A stretch of DNA of 64,000 bases, from contig CP068257.2 of assembly GCA_009914755.4 (NCBI GenBank), positions 38,208,001 to 38,272,000 of the forward strand. Direction: 5' to 3'. The notes beneath the pieces were generated by a model. That model saw only the letters and a program-made list of their open reading frames with translations, did no database searches and had not been told where the DNA came from. The stretch comes from the human T2T-CHM13v2.0 reference genome, Homo sapiens. Below, one piece after another: positions 1 to 11,450 of this stretch. How positions within the stretch are numbered: the first letter of the stretch is position 1; the number at the start of each line of letters is the position of its first letter. Made by a program: the position numbers and the translations under genes.

Positions 1-329
1 CTGAACTGCTGCTGCTGGCTTTAAAGTTGAAGAAAAAGGGTCACAACCAAGGAATGTGGCAGCCTCTAAAAGACGAAAACAGCTGTCATTTTACAGCTTG
101 GAAGAAAACAGAGACCTTGGTCCTTTGGCCAAAAACAAACTGAATTCTCACAACTCAAACAGGAAATAAGTCATTCCCTAGAGCCTCCCAAAAGGAATGC
201 AACCTTGCCCACACCTTGATTTTAGTCTCAGGAGACCATATCAGCCTCTGATCTACAGAACTGTAGGATAATAAATTAGTGCTATTTTAAGGCATTAAGT
301 GTGTGACAACTTGTCACAACTGCAATAGA

Positions 330-1385
330 CAACTAATATAACCTCCATTACTATCATCCCATCAAAGCCAGCATCATCTCTCCCCTGCAATAGTCAACTG
401 ATTGCTTCTACTCCATAAAATAATCAGAGTGATATTTATTTATTTATTTATTTATTTATTTATTGCGATGGAGTCTCACTCTGGCGCCCAGGCTGGAATG
501 CAGTGATGCGATCTTGGCTCGCTGCAACCTCCACCATATGGGTTCAAGTGATTCTCCTGTCTCAGCCTCCTGAGTAGCTGGGACTACAGGTGCCCGCCAC
601 CACACCTAGCTAATTTTTGTATTTTTGTTAGAGATGGGGTTTCACTATGTTGGGCAGGCTGGTCTTGAACTCCTGACCTCAAAAAATCCACCCGCCTCAG
701 TCTCCCAAAGTGATAGGATTACAGGCGTGAGCCACGATGCGCAGCCCAGAGTGATATTTTAAAACGTAAATCAGATCATGCCATTCTCCTGCTCAGAAGC
801 CTCTAAAAGTTTACCAATACATTAAATAAAACCCAAATTTTTGGCCATGACCCATAAATCTCTGCATGTCTGATGCTTGCATGTCTGCGTAAATTAACAC
901 GATCTTGCATTCTTCCATTCTTTTCTCTTGTTTTACTCCAGCCAAACTGGTCTTCTTGCAAAATTCTCAAACACACCAAGCTCCTCCCTGTCTCAGGGCT
1001 TTTATCCTTTTAGCACCCTTGCCCTTGAATCTTCACTCCTTCCCCAGATGCTCACCAGGTTTGTTTCCTCATTTTATTCAGGTCTGTGTTTCCATGGTTC
1101 CTCCATCAGCGGAACTCTGACAACCGTATATAAAATCACTCCATGTCCCACTCCTGTCACCTCTATTTCTTCACCTGCTGCATTGTTCTTGGTAGCATTT
1201 ATTTGTGTTTGAAATGAGTATCATGGATTCATTTCTTTACTAGTTTATTGTATGTCTCTGTTCCCAAAAGCTAGCTTCATGAGGGTCCCTGAAAATTCTG
1301 TCTCGTGTGTTGCTGTATTATGTGTTTCTGGCTAGACAGCTCCTGGCATATAAGAAGGGTTCAATATGTTTTTGTTGAATGAATA
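330..1385 (+). mobile_element. L2 LINE 3'-end fragment (plus orientation), interrupted by the Alu at 438-746
   Basis: Sequence either side of the Alu matches the remembered L2 3' region ('...cagccagagtgatcttttaaaaacgtaaatcagatcatgtcactcccctgc...'). The fragment ends in the L2/MIR-type 3' terminus '...cctggcatataagaagggttcaatatgtttttgttgaatgaatagg'. The 5' boundary (~330) is approximate. Confidence 0.5.
438..746 (-). mobile_element. Full-length Alu SINE (minus orientation) flanked by a 13-bp TSD
   Basis: (TTTATTT)n is the reverse complement of the A-rich tail. 'gagtctcactctggcgcccaggctggaatgcagtg...cctcagcctcctgagtagctgggactacaggtgcccgccaccacacctagctaattttt...gtgagccacgatgcgcagcc' is the reverse complement of the Alu consensus. 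A perfect direct repeat 'cagagtgatattt' lies at 425-437 and 747-759. Confidence 0.95.
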
Positions 1386-2888
1386 GGTAAAGGGCAGAGT
1401 GTGGCTAGGGTGTCTGAGCCTTTGATTCAATGAATCCATCTCTTCCATGCCTCACATGTTTGGCAGAGGGAGTAAAGAGAGACACTGAATTTTCTAAATG
1501 ATTAATTCTTTATCAGGCTGATCACCACATCTGTGAGTTCACTGGGTGCAGGGTCTCTGTAGAGCTACAGAAGGCAGTACTGCTGAATGAGTCTGCTGGC
1601 ACATTGTGTATTTCCCAACACAGCAGAATTAGGGTCCCTGAGACAAGTCAAACGAGGAGCATTTGAAGGCCTGGTCAGCTGCTGCCTCAGGACTTTGGGG
1701 CTCAGGCGTTTAAGAGTTCATGACATTTTTCTTGCTTCTTTGGTTTTCTGCTGAACCTACATGCTTCTCAAATATGATGATTACTGGAAGAAGATTCTCC
1801 CCTCTTTCCACTCACAATGTGAGCTGGTCCCATGCTGTCACCACCTGGGGGAGAGGTCACCAAGCATGATCTTCTGATTAAGTCAGGCATCCAGCATCTC
1901 TCATTTCTGATGACATCACTAAAATGTTGACAAGGGCATATGATGCTAAAAAATACTTATTTATAGAACAAACCCCTTTGTTTAGGGAGGTGAGTCTGGC
2001 AGATGTGTCCTTGGGCCTGTGAGGAGGACTTTTCCATTTTGCCGCTTACTTCTTCCCACCTGTGCTTCAGGACCCAGTTTGCACAGTAGAACTCCACCTT
2101 CTTTGTTCACGTCATGAGTTTGTAAGTTTGACCAAATAGTGCTTTGTTCTGGTCAAGTCCAGGATCAAGCAGCATTTTCTAGTGCATGTTGACTTTAGGA
2201 TTTCATATGTCGTGATCTACAACTCAGGAGCCATGCTGAGCTGCATTCAAAAAGTGCCTTGTGATGGGTAACAATAACCCTTGACATTTATTGGAGACAA
2301 CTATGTGCCAGACTCTGTGTGAGAACAGCACTATATAGGCACAGTCCCTTCTCTTCCATTCTCTTTCCACCAGCTTCATTCTGGCTTCTGTTCCCATCAC
2401 AGCACTGAATCAGCTCAGGTCAAGGTTACCCATGACCACCATCTTGTCAAGATCCAAGAGAATCACATGGGTCCCCTCCCTCGCCTCAGCATTTGATTCA
2501 TTTGACCACTTGCTTCTTTTTTTCCCGCCATTTTTTCTATTTCAATAGGTTTTGGGGGAACAGGCAGTGTTTGGTTACATGAATAAGTTCTTTCATGGTG
2601 AGTTCTGAGATTTTGATGCACACATCACCCAAGCAGTGTACACTGTGGGCAGTGCATAGTCTTTTATCCCTTGTCATCCCCCATTGTTTTCCCCAAGTCC
2701 CCCAAGTCCAATGTATCATTCTTATGCACTTGCATCCTCATAGGTTAGCTCCCACATGAGTCAGAACATATGATGTTTGGTTTTCCATTCCTGAGTGACA
2801 TCACTTAGAATAATAGTCTCAAATTCCGTCCAATTTGCTGCAAATGCCATTATTTTGTTCACTTTTGCAGTTGAGTATTATTCCATAG

Positions 2889-2975
2889 TGTGTGTGTGTA
2901 TATATATATATTTATCATATATGTATGACATATATATATAACATTTTCTTTATCCTTTTTCTATATATATATATA
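2889..2975. repeat. Compound (TG)n(TA)n microsatellite with a ~35-bp tandem duplication, embedded in the L1 3' region
   Basis: 'gtgtgtgtgtatatatatatatttatcatatatgtatgacatatatatataacattttctttatcc' is followed by a second copy of 'tatatatataacattttctttatcc'. It sits where the L1 consensus has 'gtgtatatgtaccacattttctttatcca'. Confidence 0.9.
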
Positions 2976-4380
2976 ACATTTTCTTTATCCACTTGTTGAT
3001 TGGTGGGCATTTGGGCTTGTTTCATATTTTTGCAATTGCAAATTGTGATGCTATAAACGTGTGTGCAAGTATCTTTTTTGTATAATGACTTCTTTTCCTC
3101 TGGGTAGACACCTAGTAGTGGTACTGCTGAATCAAATGGTAGATCTACTTTTAGTTCTTTAAGGAATCTTCACACTGTTTTCCACAGTGGTTGTACTAGT
3201 TTACATTCCCACCAACAGTGTGAAAGTGTTCCCTTTTCACGGCATCCATGCCAACATCTATTTTTTTAAATTTTTTTGATTATGGCCATTCTTGCAGGAG
3301 TAAGGTGGTATTGCATTGTGGTTTTGATTTGCATTTCCCTGATTATTAGTGACGTTCAGCATTTTTTCATATGTTTGTTGACTGTATATCATCTTTTGAG
3401 AATTGTCTATTCATGTTCTTAGCCCACTTTTTGATGGGATCGTTTATTTCTTTTCTTGCTGATTTGTTTGAGTTCTTTGTAGATTCTGGATATTAGTTAT
3501 TGTTGGAGGTATAGATCGTGAAGATTTTCTCCCACTCTGTGGGTTGTCTATTAACTCTGCTGATTATTTATTTTGCTGTGCAGAAGCTTTTTAGTTTAAC
3601 TAAGTCCCATCTATTTGTCTTTGTTTTTGTTGCATTTGCTTTTGGGTTCCTGGTCATGGGGTCTTTGCTTAAGCCTATGTCTAAAAGAATTTTTCCAATG
3701 TTATCTTCTAGAATCTTTATGGTTTTAGGTCTTAGATTTAAGTCTTTGGTCCATCTTGAGTTGATTTTTGTATAATGTGAGAGATGAAGATCCAGTCTCA
3801 TGTCTCTACATGTGGCTTGCCAATTATCCCAGCACCGTTTATTGAATAGGGTGTCCTTTCCCCACTTTATGTTTTTGTTTGCTTTGTGGAAGATCAAAGT
3901 ATCTGGATTTATTTCTGGGTCATCTATTCTGTTCCATTGGTCCATATGCCTATTTTTATACCAGTACCATGCTGTTTTGGTGACAAGTATTCGGCTTTAT
4001 TTCTTGGTTCTCTATTATGTTTCATTGGTCTATGTGCCTATTTTTATACCAGTACCATGCTGTTTTGGTGTCTATGGCTTTATAGTTTGAAGTCAGGTAA
4101 TGTGATACCTCCAGATTTGTTCTTTTTGCTTAGTCTTGCTTTGGCTATGTGGGCTCTTTTTTGGTTCCATATGAATGTTAGGATTCTTTTTTCTAGTTCT
4201 GTGAAGAATGATGGTGGTAGTTGATGGGAATTGCATTGAATTTTTAGATTGCTTTTGGCAGTATGGTCATTTTCACTATATTGATTCTAACTGTTTATGA
4301 GCTTGGGATATGTTTCCATTTGTTTGTGTCATCTATGATTTATTGCAGCAGTGTTTTGTAGTTTTCCTTGTAGAGGTCTT

Positions 4381-4926
4381 TCATGTCCTTAGATATATTC
4401 CTAAGTATTTTTTTTTTTTTGCAGCTATTGTGAAATGGGTTGAGTTCTTAATTTGATTCTCAGCTTGGTCACTGTTGGTATATAGCAGAGCTACTGATTT
4501 GGGTACATCGATTTTGTATCCTGAAACTTTGCTGAATTTGTTTACCAGTTCTAGGAGTTTCTTTGATGTGTCTTTAGGGTTTTCTAGGTGTATGATCATA
4601 TCATCAGCAAATAGCAACAGTTTGACTTCCTGCTTACAAATTTGGATGCCCTTTATTTCTTTCTCTTGTCTGATTGCTCTGGCTAGGACTTCCAGTACTA
4701 TGTTGAATAGAAACAGTGAACGTGGGCATCGTTGTCTTGTTCCAGTTCTCAGGGGGAAAGCTTTCAACTTTTGCCCATTCAGTATTATGTTGGCTGTGGG
4801 TTTGTCATAGATGGCTTTTATTACATTGAGGTATGTCCTGTATATGCTGATTTTGCTGAGGGTTTTAATCGTAAAGAGATGCTGGATTTTGTCAAGTGCT
4901 TTTTCTGCATCTATTGAGATGATCAT
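4381..4926 (-). pseudogene. L1 ORF2 reverse-transcriptase domain remnant (181-aa ORF with FADDM motif); non-functional fragment
   Basis: The translation '...[14 protein letters not shown]...[16 protein letters not shown]...[14 protein letters not shown]...[12 protein letters not shown]...' matches the L1 ORF2p RT motifs. Stop codons flank it, and further ORF2 pieces on the same strand (3568-3945, 5933-6127) are separated by stops. Confidence 0.85.
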
Positions 4927-7399
4927 GTGATTTTTTGTTTTTAATTCTGTTTATGTGGTGTATCACATTTATTGACTTGTGTATGTTAAACCATCCCTGC
5001 ATCCCTGGTATGAAACCTACTTAGTCGTGGTGGATTGTCTTTTTGATATGCTGTTGGATTCTGTTCACTAGTGTTTTGTTGAGGATTTTTGCATCTATGT
5101 TCATCAGGGACATTGGTCTGTAGTTTTTTTTGTTATGTCCTTCCCTGGTTTTGGTATTAGGGTGATACTGGCTTCATAGAATAATTAGGAAAGATTCCCT
5201 CTTTCTCTATCTTTTGGAATTCTGTCGGTAGGATTGGTACCAATTCTCCTTTGAACATCTGTTAGAGTTCAGCTGTGCATTTGTCTGTCCCTGGACTTTT
5301 TAGTAGGCAGTTTAAAAATTACCATTTCGATCTCACTGCTTGTTATTGGTCACTGCTTGTTATTGATCTCTGTTAAGAGATTCCATATCTTCCTGGTTTA
5401 ATCTAGGAGGGTTGTGTATTTCCAGGAATTTATCCATCTCCTCTAGGTTTTCCAGTTTATGTGCATAAAGGTGCTCATAGTAGCCTTGAATAATCTTTTC
5501 TATTTCTATAATCCTTTCTATTTTTATTTCTTTCCTATATCAGTTGTAATATCTCCCATTTCATTTCTAATTGAGCTTATTTGGATCTTGTCTTTTCTTT
5601 TCTTGGTTAATCTCACTAATGGTCCATCAATTTTATTTATGTTTTCAAGGAACCAGCTTTTTGTTTCATTTATCTTTTGTGATTTTTTTTTGTTTCTGCA
5701 AATTTGGTTGTAATCTGATCTTCAGTATTTCTTTTCTGCTGTGGGGTTTGGGTTTGGATTGTTCTTGTTTCTACAGTTCCATGAGGTGTGACCTTGAATT
5801 GTCTATTTGTGCTTTTTCAGACTTTTTAATGTAGGCATTTAATGCTATAAACTTTCCTCTTAGCACTGCTTTTGCTGTATCCCAGAAGTTTCGATAGTTT
5901 ATGTCACTATTATTGTTCAGTTCAAAGAAATTTTAAATTTCCATCGTTATTTCATTGTTAACCCAATGATCATTCAGGAGCAGGTTATTTAATTTCCTTG
6001 TATTTGCATGGTTTTGCAGGTTGCTTTTGGAGTTAATTTCAAGTTTTATTCCACTGTGGTCTGAGAGAGTACTTGTTATAATTTCAATATTCTTAAATTT
6101 ATTAAGACTTGTTTTGTGGCCTATCATATGATCTAGCTTGGAGAATGCTCCATGTGCTGATAAGTAGAATGTTTATTTCGCAGTTGTTGGGTAGAATGTT
6201 CTTTAAATATCTGTGAAGTCCATTTGTTGTAGGGTATAGTTTAAGTCCATTGTTTCTTTGTTGACTTTCTGTCTTGATGACCTGTCTAGTGCTATCAGTG
6301 GGGTATTGAAGTCTCCCACTGTTATTATGTTGCTGTCTATCTCATTTCTTAGGTTTAGTAGTAATTGTTTTATAAATTTGGAGGTTCCAGTGTTAGGTGC
6401 ATATAAATTTAGAATTGTGATATTTTTCTGTTAGACTAGTCCTTTTATCATTATATAATATCCCTGTTTATCTTTTTTAACTGCTGTCGCTTTAAAGTTT
6501 GTTTTGTTGGATACAAGAATAGCTATTCCTGCTTGCTTTTGGTGTCCATTTTCATGGAATATCTTCTTCCACTTCTTTATCTTAAGTTTATATGAATCCT
6601 TATGTTTTAGGTGAATCTCCTGAAGACAGCAGAAACTTGGTTAGTGAATTCTTAACCATTCTGCCTTTCTATATCTTTTAAGTGGAGCATTTAGGCCATT
6701 TACATTCAATGTTAGTATTGCAATGTGAGGTACTGTTCTATTCATCATGCTTCATCATGCTATTTGTTGCCTGAACACCTTGTTTTTTTTTTTTCTCATT
6801 GTGTTATGTTATAAAGGGAGTAGCAAATTCTCTCAGCATTTGTCTGGAGAAGACTTCTTGCAAGCTCTGTTTATTTTTTAAAAATTCCTTTTTCTTTGTC
6901 TCTGACGGATTGGATTAATTCAAAACCTTGTGTTTGAGCTCTGAAGTTCTTTCTTTTTCTTTGATTCTATTGCTGAGACATTCCAGTGCATTTTGCATTT
7001 CTCTAAGTGTGCCCTTGATTTCCAGAAGTTGTAATTGTTTTTTTATTTATGCTATCTATTTCACCAAAGACTTTTCCTTTCACATTCTGTATCATGTTTT
7101 TGATTTCTTTAAGTTTGACCACTTGCTTCTTCTGAGCCACCTTCTTTGTTGGCTCTTATGTTGCCTCATTTTCTTGATTTTCCTGCTACTTCAAATTGCT
7201 TTCTTTAGTGCTTGTTTTTATAAGATTGCATGTTGGAGGACCATTTCCCTTGTCCTTGTTTTCCTGTTTGTTTACACTCTCTGTGTAGGTAATATTTTAT
7301 GGTCCAATGATTTTACATACCACCTATATGCTAACAGCTTCCCAGTTTATCTTAGCCTTGTATATAAAATGCCCCCTTGACATCTCTATTTTGATGTCT

Positions 7400-7830
7400 A
7401 CTAGGCTGCTCAAAGCAAAATGTCCAAAACAGAACTTTTGATCCTGTATAAAATATGGAGAAAAATCTGGAAGTAGATCTTAATTCTTTTCTTTCCTTCA
7501 TTGTGACATACAAATCCACAGTAAGTCCTGCCAACTCTACCTTGATACTACCTTTCCTCAGCTCATCCACTAGGCTCATCCCCATGGCTCCCATGCAGGT
7601 CCAAGCCACCATCACCTCTTGTCTAGAAAACTACCCTAGACTCTTTATGGTCTCGTTGCTTTCACTCTACCTCCAGTACGTGTCATTCTCTTAGCAGCAA
7701 GAAGAGTCTTTAAAAATGTAAATCAGATAATATTATTTCCTTATTAAAACTATCCAGTGGCTTCCCATTATACATAAAGAAAAAAATCCTCCAAGATTTC
7801 TTAACCTGGGTGTGCCTAATTATTCTGACT
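7400..7830 (+). mobile_element. L2 LINE 3'-region fragment (plus)
   Basis: '...accatcacctcttgtctagaaaactaccctagactc...cagcaagaagagtctttaaaaatgtaaatcagataatatt...ccagtggcttcccattatacataaag' matches the remembered L2/MIR core ('...cagccagagtgatcttttaaaaacgtaaatcagatcatgtcactcc...caatggcttcccat'). Confidence 0.5.
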
Positions 7831-8055
7831 TCAGTTATCCCCCCAACCCTTGCCCACCCCATCAGCACACATATGCACTAGATGACCATGTTGCAGCTTC
7901 TCTGGTCTACCTGCCTTCCCCACATTGGTTGACCTTCTTTCCGTCTCATGACCTTTGCATTTGCTGATCCTCTGCCTTCAGCACTGTTTCCACACATCTT
8001 CACACCATTCAGGTCTCAGAGGTATGTCACCTCCTTAGAGAGAGCCTCTCTTCCT

Positions 8056-8195
8056 TGCCTGATAAGTAAACTGAGGCTCAGAGAGGTCCAGTAACTTGCA
8101 TGAGGCTACCATGCTAGTAAGTAACATATGTGTAATCTGAGCCTTGAGGTTCTGATGCTACATCCTGTGTCTTGACCACTATTTTATCTGTCTTT
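8056..8195 (-). mobile_element. MIR SINE fragment (minus)
   Basis: 'aactgaggctcagagaggtccagtaacttgca...ctagtaagtaaca...gagccttgaggttctgatgcta...cttgaccactat' matches the reverse complement of the MIR core ('...gaaactgaggctcagagaggttaagtaacttgcccaaggtcacacagctagtaagtggcagagc...'). Confidence 0.6.
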
Positions 8196-8959
8196 ACTCA
8201 CCCATAATAGTGGCAAGAGAACACAGCACAGTGCAGGGCTTGCTGGGGGCCACACCTGCAGAAGATACAAAGAATGGAGGAAAGAAAAGGAGCAGAAGAA
8301 GGAGGAAGTGAGCCCATAGCCCATAACATTTTTTGGCAGCAGTAGCAGAGCCCAGTAACAGAACAATTGGATGTTGAATAAAATGAAGAGTGAGCCATTA
8401 ACTCCTCAGTACAGCCAAGGTTAAGATATCAGGTCATGATCCAGAGATGAGAAGATCAGGCCTGCAAAACCAACCTGCTGTGCCAGCTAGAAAAGTATTA
8501 TTTATTTCCTAGGGAACTAAAATAAGAATAAAAACCCAACTTGTACTTGTGTCCATGATTAGTATCTTATTCCTGATTTAACAACTCACTTGATATTCTC
8601 AGTAATTTATTGCAGCATGAGTGTTATTCTCAAGTAAGTCCTTTAGTTCACTATTACTATTAAAATAACTGCAATGGATATTGGTTGAAATAGAAATATC
8701 TGAAAATGGTGGATTGGGATTGAGCAGGAGAGAACGATGGAAATAATAATAAGAAGAGTGGACATCAACTGTCCTGTTAGGTCATTTAGGTGTTCCTTTT
8801 GGGTACATCTCTACAGCAATCTTCTGGGGAGAAAGAAAGACAGGAGGCCCCTATGATGGGGCCAGGGAAGAGGATAGTAATTACATAAGCACATTGAGAC
8901 ACCGATATAATCTTCAGTGCATATACTGACTTTAATACTGTCTTCCCAAATTCATGTCC

Positions 8960-9372
8960 ATTCAGCATCTGTGAATGTGACTTTATTTGGAAATAGGGTC
9001 TTTGCAGATGCAATCAAGTTAAGATGAAGTCATTAGGGGGAACCCTAGATCCAACATGAATAGTGTCCTTAAAGAAGGAGAAATTGGAAATAGAGAGACA
9101 CATACACAGGGAGAATGCTGGGTGAAGACAGACAGAGGTGAAGATTGGAGTAATGCGTATACAAGCCAAGGAGCACCATAGATTGCAGTCACCACCAGAA
9201 GCTGGAAGAGACAAGGAAGGATCCTGCCCTGGAGGCTTCAGAGAGAACGTGTTCCTGCTGACACTCATTTCAGACTTCTGGCCTCCAGAACAGCGAGAGC
9301 ATAAATGCCTGTTTTTATAAAGCAGGCAGTTTGTGGTCATTTGTTAAGGCAGCCCTACGATTTAATACAGCA
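8960..9372 (+). mobile_element. MLT1-type MaLR solo LTR (plus)
   Basis: It begins 'ctgtgaatgtgactttatttggaaatagggtctttgcagatgcaatcaagttaagatgaagtcattaggg'. It ends '...gacttctggcctccagaacagcgagagcataaatgcctgtttttataaagcaggcagtttgtggtcatttgttaaggcagccctacgatttaatacagc'. Both match the remembered MLT1 consensus start and end. Confidence 0.7.
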
Positions 9373-10104
9373 AATCTAAATAATTGGCTATCACAGATGA
9401 TTACTATAAGTAAAATTTCCGCAGAATTGCTTTTTCTTCTGTTGACATAGCATATTTTTATTTTAAAAACTAGTTTTTAGGAATCTATATGAACAGACAG
9501 TACATTCACGTGGTTCCAAAATTAAAAACAAAGCAGGGAATGACATGAAAAGCCCTCCTCCTTCCCCGGCTCCTGTTTCCCCTCTTCACAGACATTTTTA
9601 AAATTCATTTCTTGTGTATTCTTCCAGGAGAATCATGTGCATCTACAAACAATTCAAGGACATATTCTTCCCCTGTTTTTAAAACACAAATTATAGCATA
9701 TCATACTCTGCTTTGCACCTTGCTTTTTTTCCACTCAAGTATATATCCTGGTAAACTTTCCACATAAGTCTATGCAGAGCATCTTGACACATTTTTACAG
9801 CTGTAAAACTTTCCATTGTATGATTAGAATGATAATATATCCAGTTGGTCCTCTCATGAAGGCAATTTAGATGGCTTCCAATATTTTGCTATTATATACA
9901 AAGCTGCAAGACGTCACTTTATATATATAAATGCTTCTTGATTCATGATGGGGCTATGTCCCGGTAAACCATCATAAGTCAAAAAATCCTAAGTCAGACC
10001 ATGGCAAGTCAGGGATGGTCTGTGTGTCATTTTATGTATTTGTGATTATATATGTAGGAAAGAATTCCACAAAAGTGAAATAGAATCCTAAGGGCATATG
10101 CATT

Positions 10105-11450
10105 TGTTGTTTTTAAAAATATATTTTATTGTGGTAAAATATACATAACAAAATTTGCCATTTTAATGATTTTTAAATGTACAGTTCAGTGGTATTAAGT
10201 ACATTGATATTGTTGTGCAACCATCACCAACCTCCATCTCCAGAATATTTTCATCTTCCCTAATTGAAATTCTGTACCCATTAAACACTAATTTCCCATT
10301 CCCCAGCACCTATCAGCCATAATGCGACTATCCATCTCTATGAATTTGACCACTCTAGGTATCTTACGCAAGTGGAATCATACAATATATTCCTTTTGTG
10401 TCTGGCTTATTTCACTATGTAAATGTCTTCAAGCTTCATTCACGTAACATGTGTCAGAATTTCCTTCTTTTTAAAGGCTGAACTATAGTCCATTGTTTGT
10501 ATACACACATTTTGTTTAACCATTCATCCATCGATAGACATTTGAATCATTTCCACCTTTCGATTACTGTGAATAACGCTGCTGTGAACATTAGTGTACA
10601 AACATTTGTTCTAGTCCATGCTTTCACTTCTTTTGGATATATTCCCAGAAGTGGACTTGCTGGATCGTACAGTAATTCTATGTTTAATTTTTAGAAGAAT
10701 CACCATATGGTTTCCACAGTGGCTACACCATTTTACATTCTCACCAGCAATGGTGGGAACTCTGATTTCTCTACATCCTACATCCTCACCAATACTTGTT
10801 AATTTCTGGGTTTTCTTTTTGGATAATAGCTATCTTAATGGGTGTGAAGTCGTATGTTATCTTAGTCATCTTGAGCTGTTATAACAAATATATTATAGAA
10901 AGAGTGACTTAAACAACAAACATTTATTGCTTTGGTTCTGGAAGCTGGGAAGTCCAAGATCAAGGTGCTAGCATGTTTGGTGTCTGGTAAAGACACTCTT
11001 CCTGGTTTACAGATGACTCACTTCTCTGTGTATTCTCACAAAGCAAAGAGGAGAGAAAGAGAGAGAGAGAGAGCGAGTGAGCTCATGAGTCTATCCTCAT
11101 CAGGACACTAGTCCTATTCATGAGGGCTCCACCCTCATGACCTAATCACCTTCCAAAGTTACCATCTCTTATTATACACTGAAGTTAGTATTTCAACATA
11201 TGCATTTTCTGGGGACACACATTCAGTCCAGAACAAATCTCGTGATTTTGATTTGCATTTCCCTAATGATTAGTGATTTTGGGCGTCTTTTTATTTGCTT
11301 ATTGGCTATTTGTATATCTTATTTGGAGTAATGGCTAAATTAAAGTCTTTTGCCCATTTTTTGATGGAGTTTTTTTTTGTTGCTGAGTTCCCCGTGATTA
11401 TTTTCTATATATTTAATATTATAGTATTTTTGTGCTATTTTTGATTTAAA
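10105..11450 (-). mobile_element. Old L1 (L1M/L1PB-like) 3' fragment in minus orientation, split by the nested MLT1 insertion at 10862-11229
   Basis: 'ttttattgtggtaaaatatacataacaaaatttgccattttaatgatttttaaatgtacagttcagtggtattaagtacattgatattgttgtgcaaccatcacc...' is the antisense L1 3'UTR/ORF2 end. '...ccacagtggctacaccattttacattctcaccagcaatgg...' is antisense ORF2. The L1 sequence resumes at 11230 ('...ctcgtgattttgatttgcatttccctaatgattagtgatttt...'). Confidence 0.75.
10862..11229 (-). mobile_element. MLT1-type MaLR solo LTR nested inside the old L1
   Basis: '...ctgttataacaaa...ttctggaagctgggaagtccaagatcaaggtgc...ggacactagtcctattcatgagggctccaccctcatgacctaatcacc...atatgcattttctggggacacacattcagtcca' is the reverse complement of the MLT1 LTR. 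Contiguous L1 sequence lies on both sides. Confidence 0.7.

Larger units (their letters stand above)
2517..7113 (-). mobile_element. 5'-truncated L1 (L1PA-like) LINE, ~4.6 kb, minus orientation, with a 16-bp TSD
   Basis: The 3' end 'cccccaaaacctattgaaatagaaaaaatggcgggaaaaaaa' (reverse complement of 2517-2560) resembles the L1PA 3' terminus. Antisense ORF2 sequence runs through the region. Minus-strand ORFs encode the ORF2 C-terminal part (3568-3945, 'QWNRI...[15 protein letters not shown]...KLKSFCTAK'), the reverse-transcriptase domain with an 'FADDM' motif (4381-4926) and the endonuclease-proximal region (5933-6127, 'ITSTLSDHSGIKLEINSK...WKLNNLLLNDHWVNNEI'). An identical 16-mer 'tttgaccacttgcttc' lies at 2501-2516 and 7114-7129, which is a target-site duplication. 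All ORFs are disrupted. An alternative 5' boundary up to ~7385 cannot be excluded. Confidence 0.85.

Noticed and set aside
3518-7380. Multiple plus-strand ORFs (85-150 aa) rich in F/L/I/V that look like membrane proteins
   Set aside because: They lie on the antisense strand of the L1 element. Antisense L1 is T-rich and yields hydrophobic pseudo-ORFs. The genuine (degraded) coding sense is the minus strand (ORF2).
7145-7385. Extending the L1 element to ~7385 on the basis of loose similarity to ORF1 antisense
   Set aside because: The perfect 16-bp TSD at 2501-2516 and 7114-7129 places the 5' junction at 7113. The sequence beyond is more parsimoniously flank, though this cannot be fully excluded without alignment.
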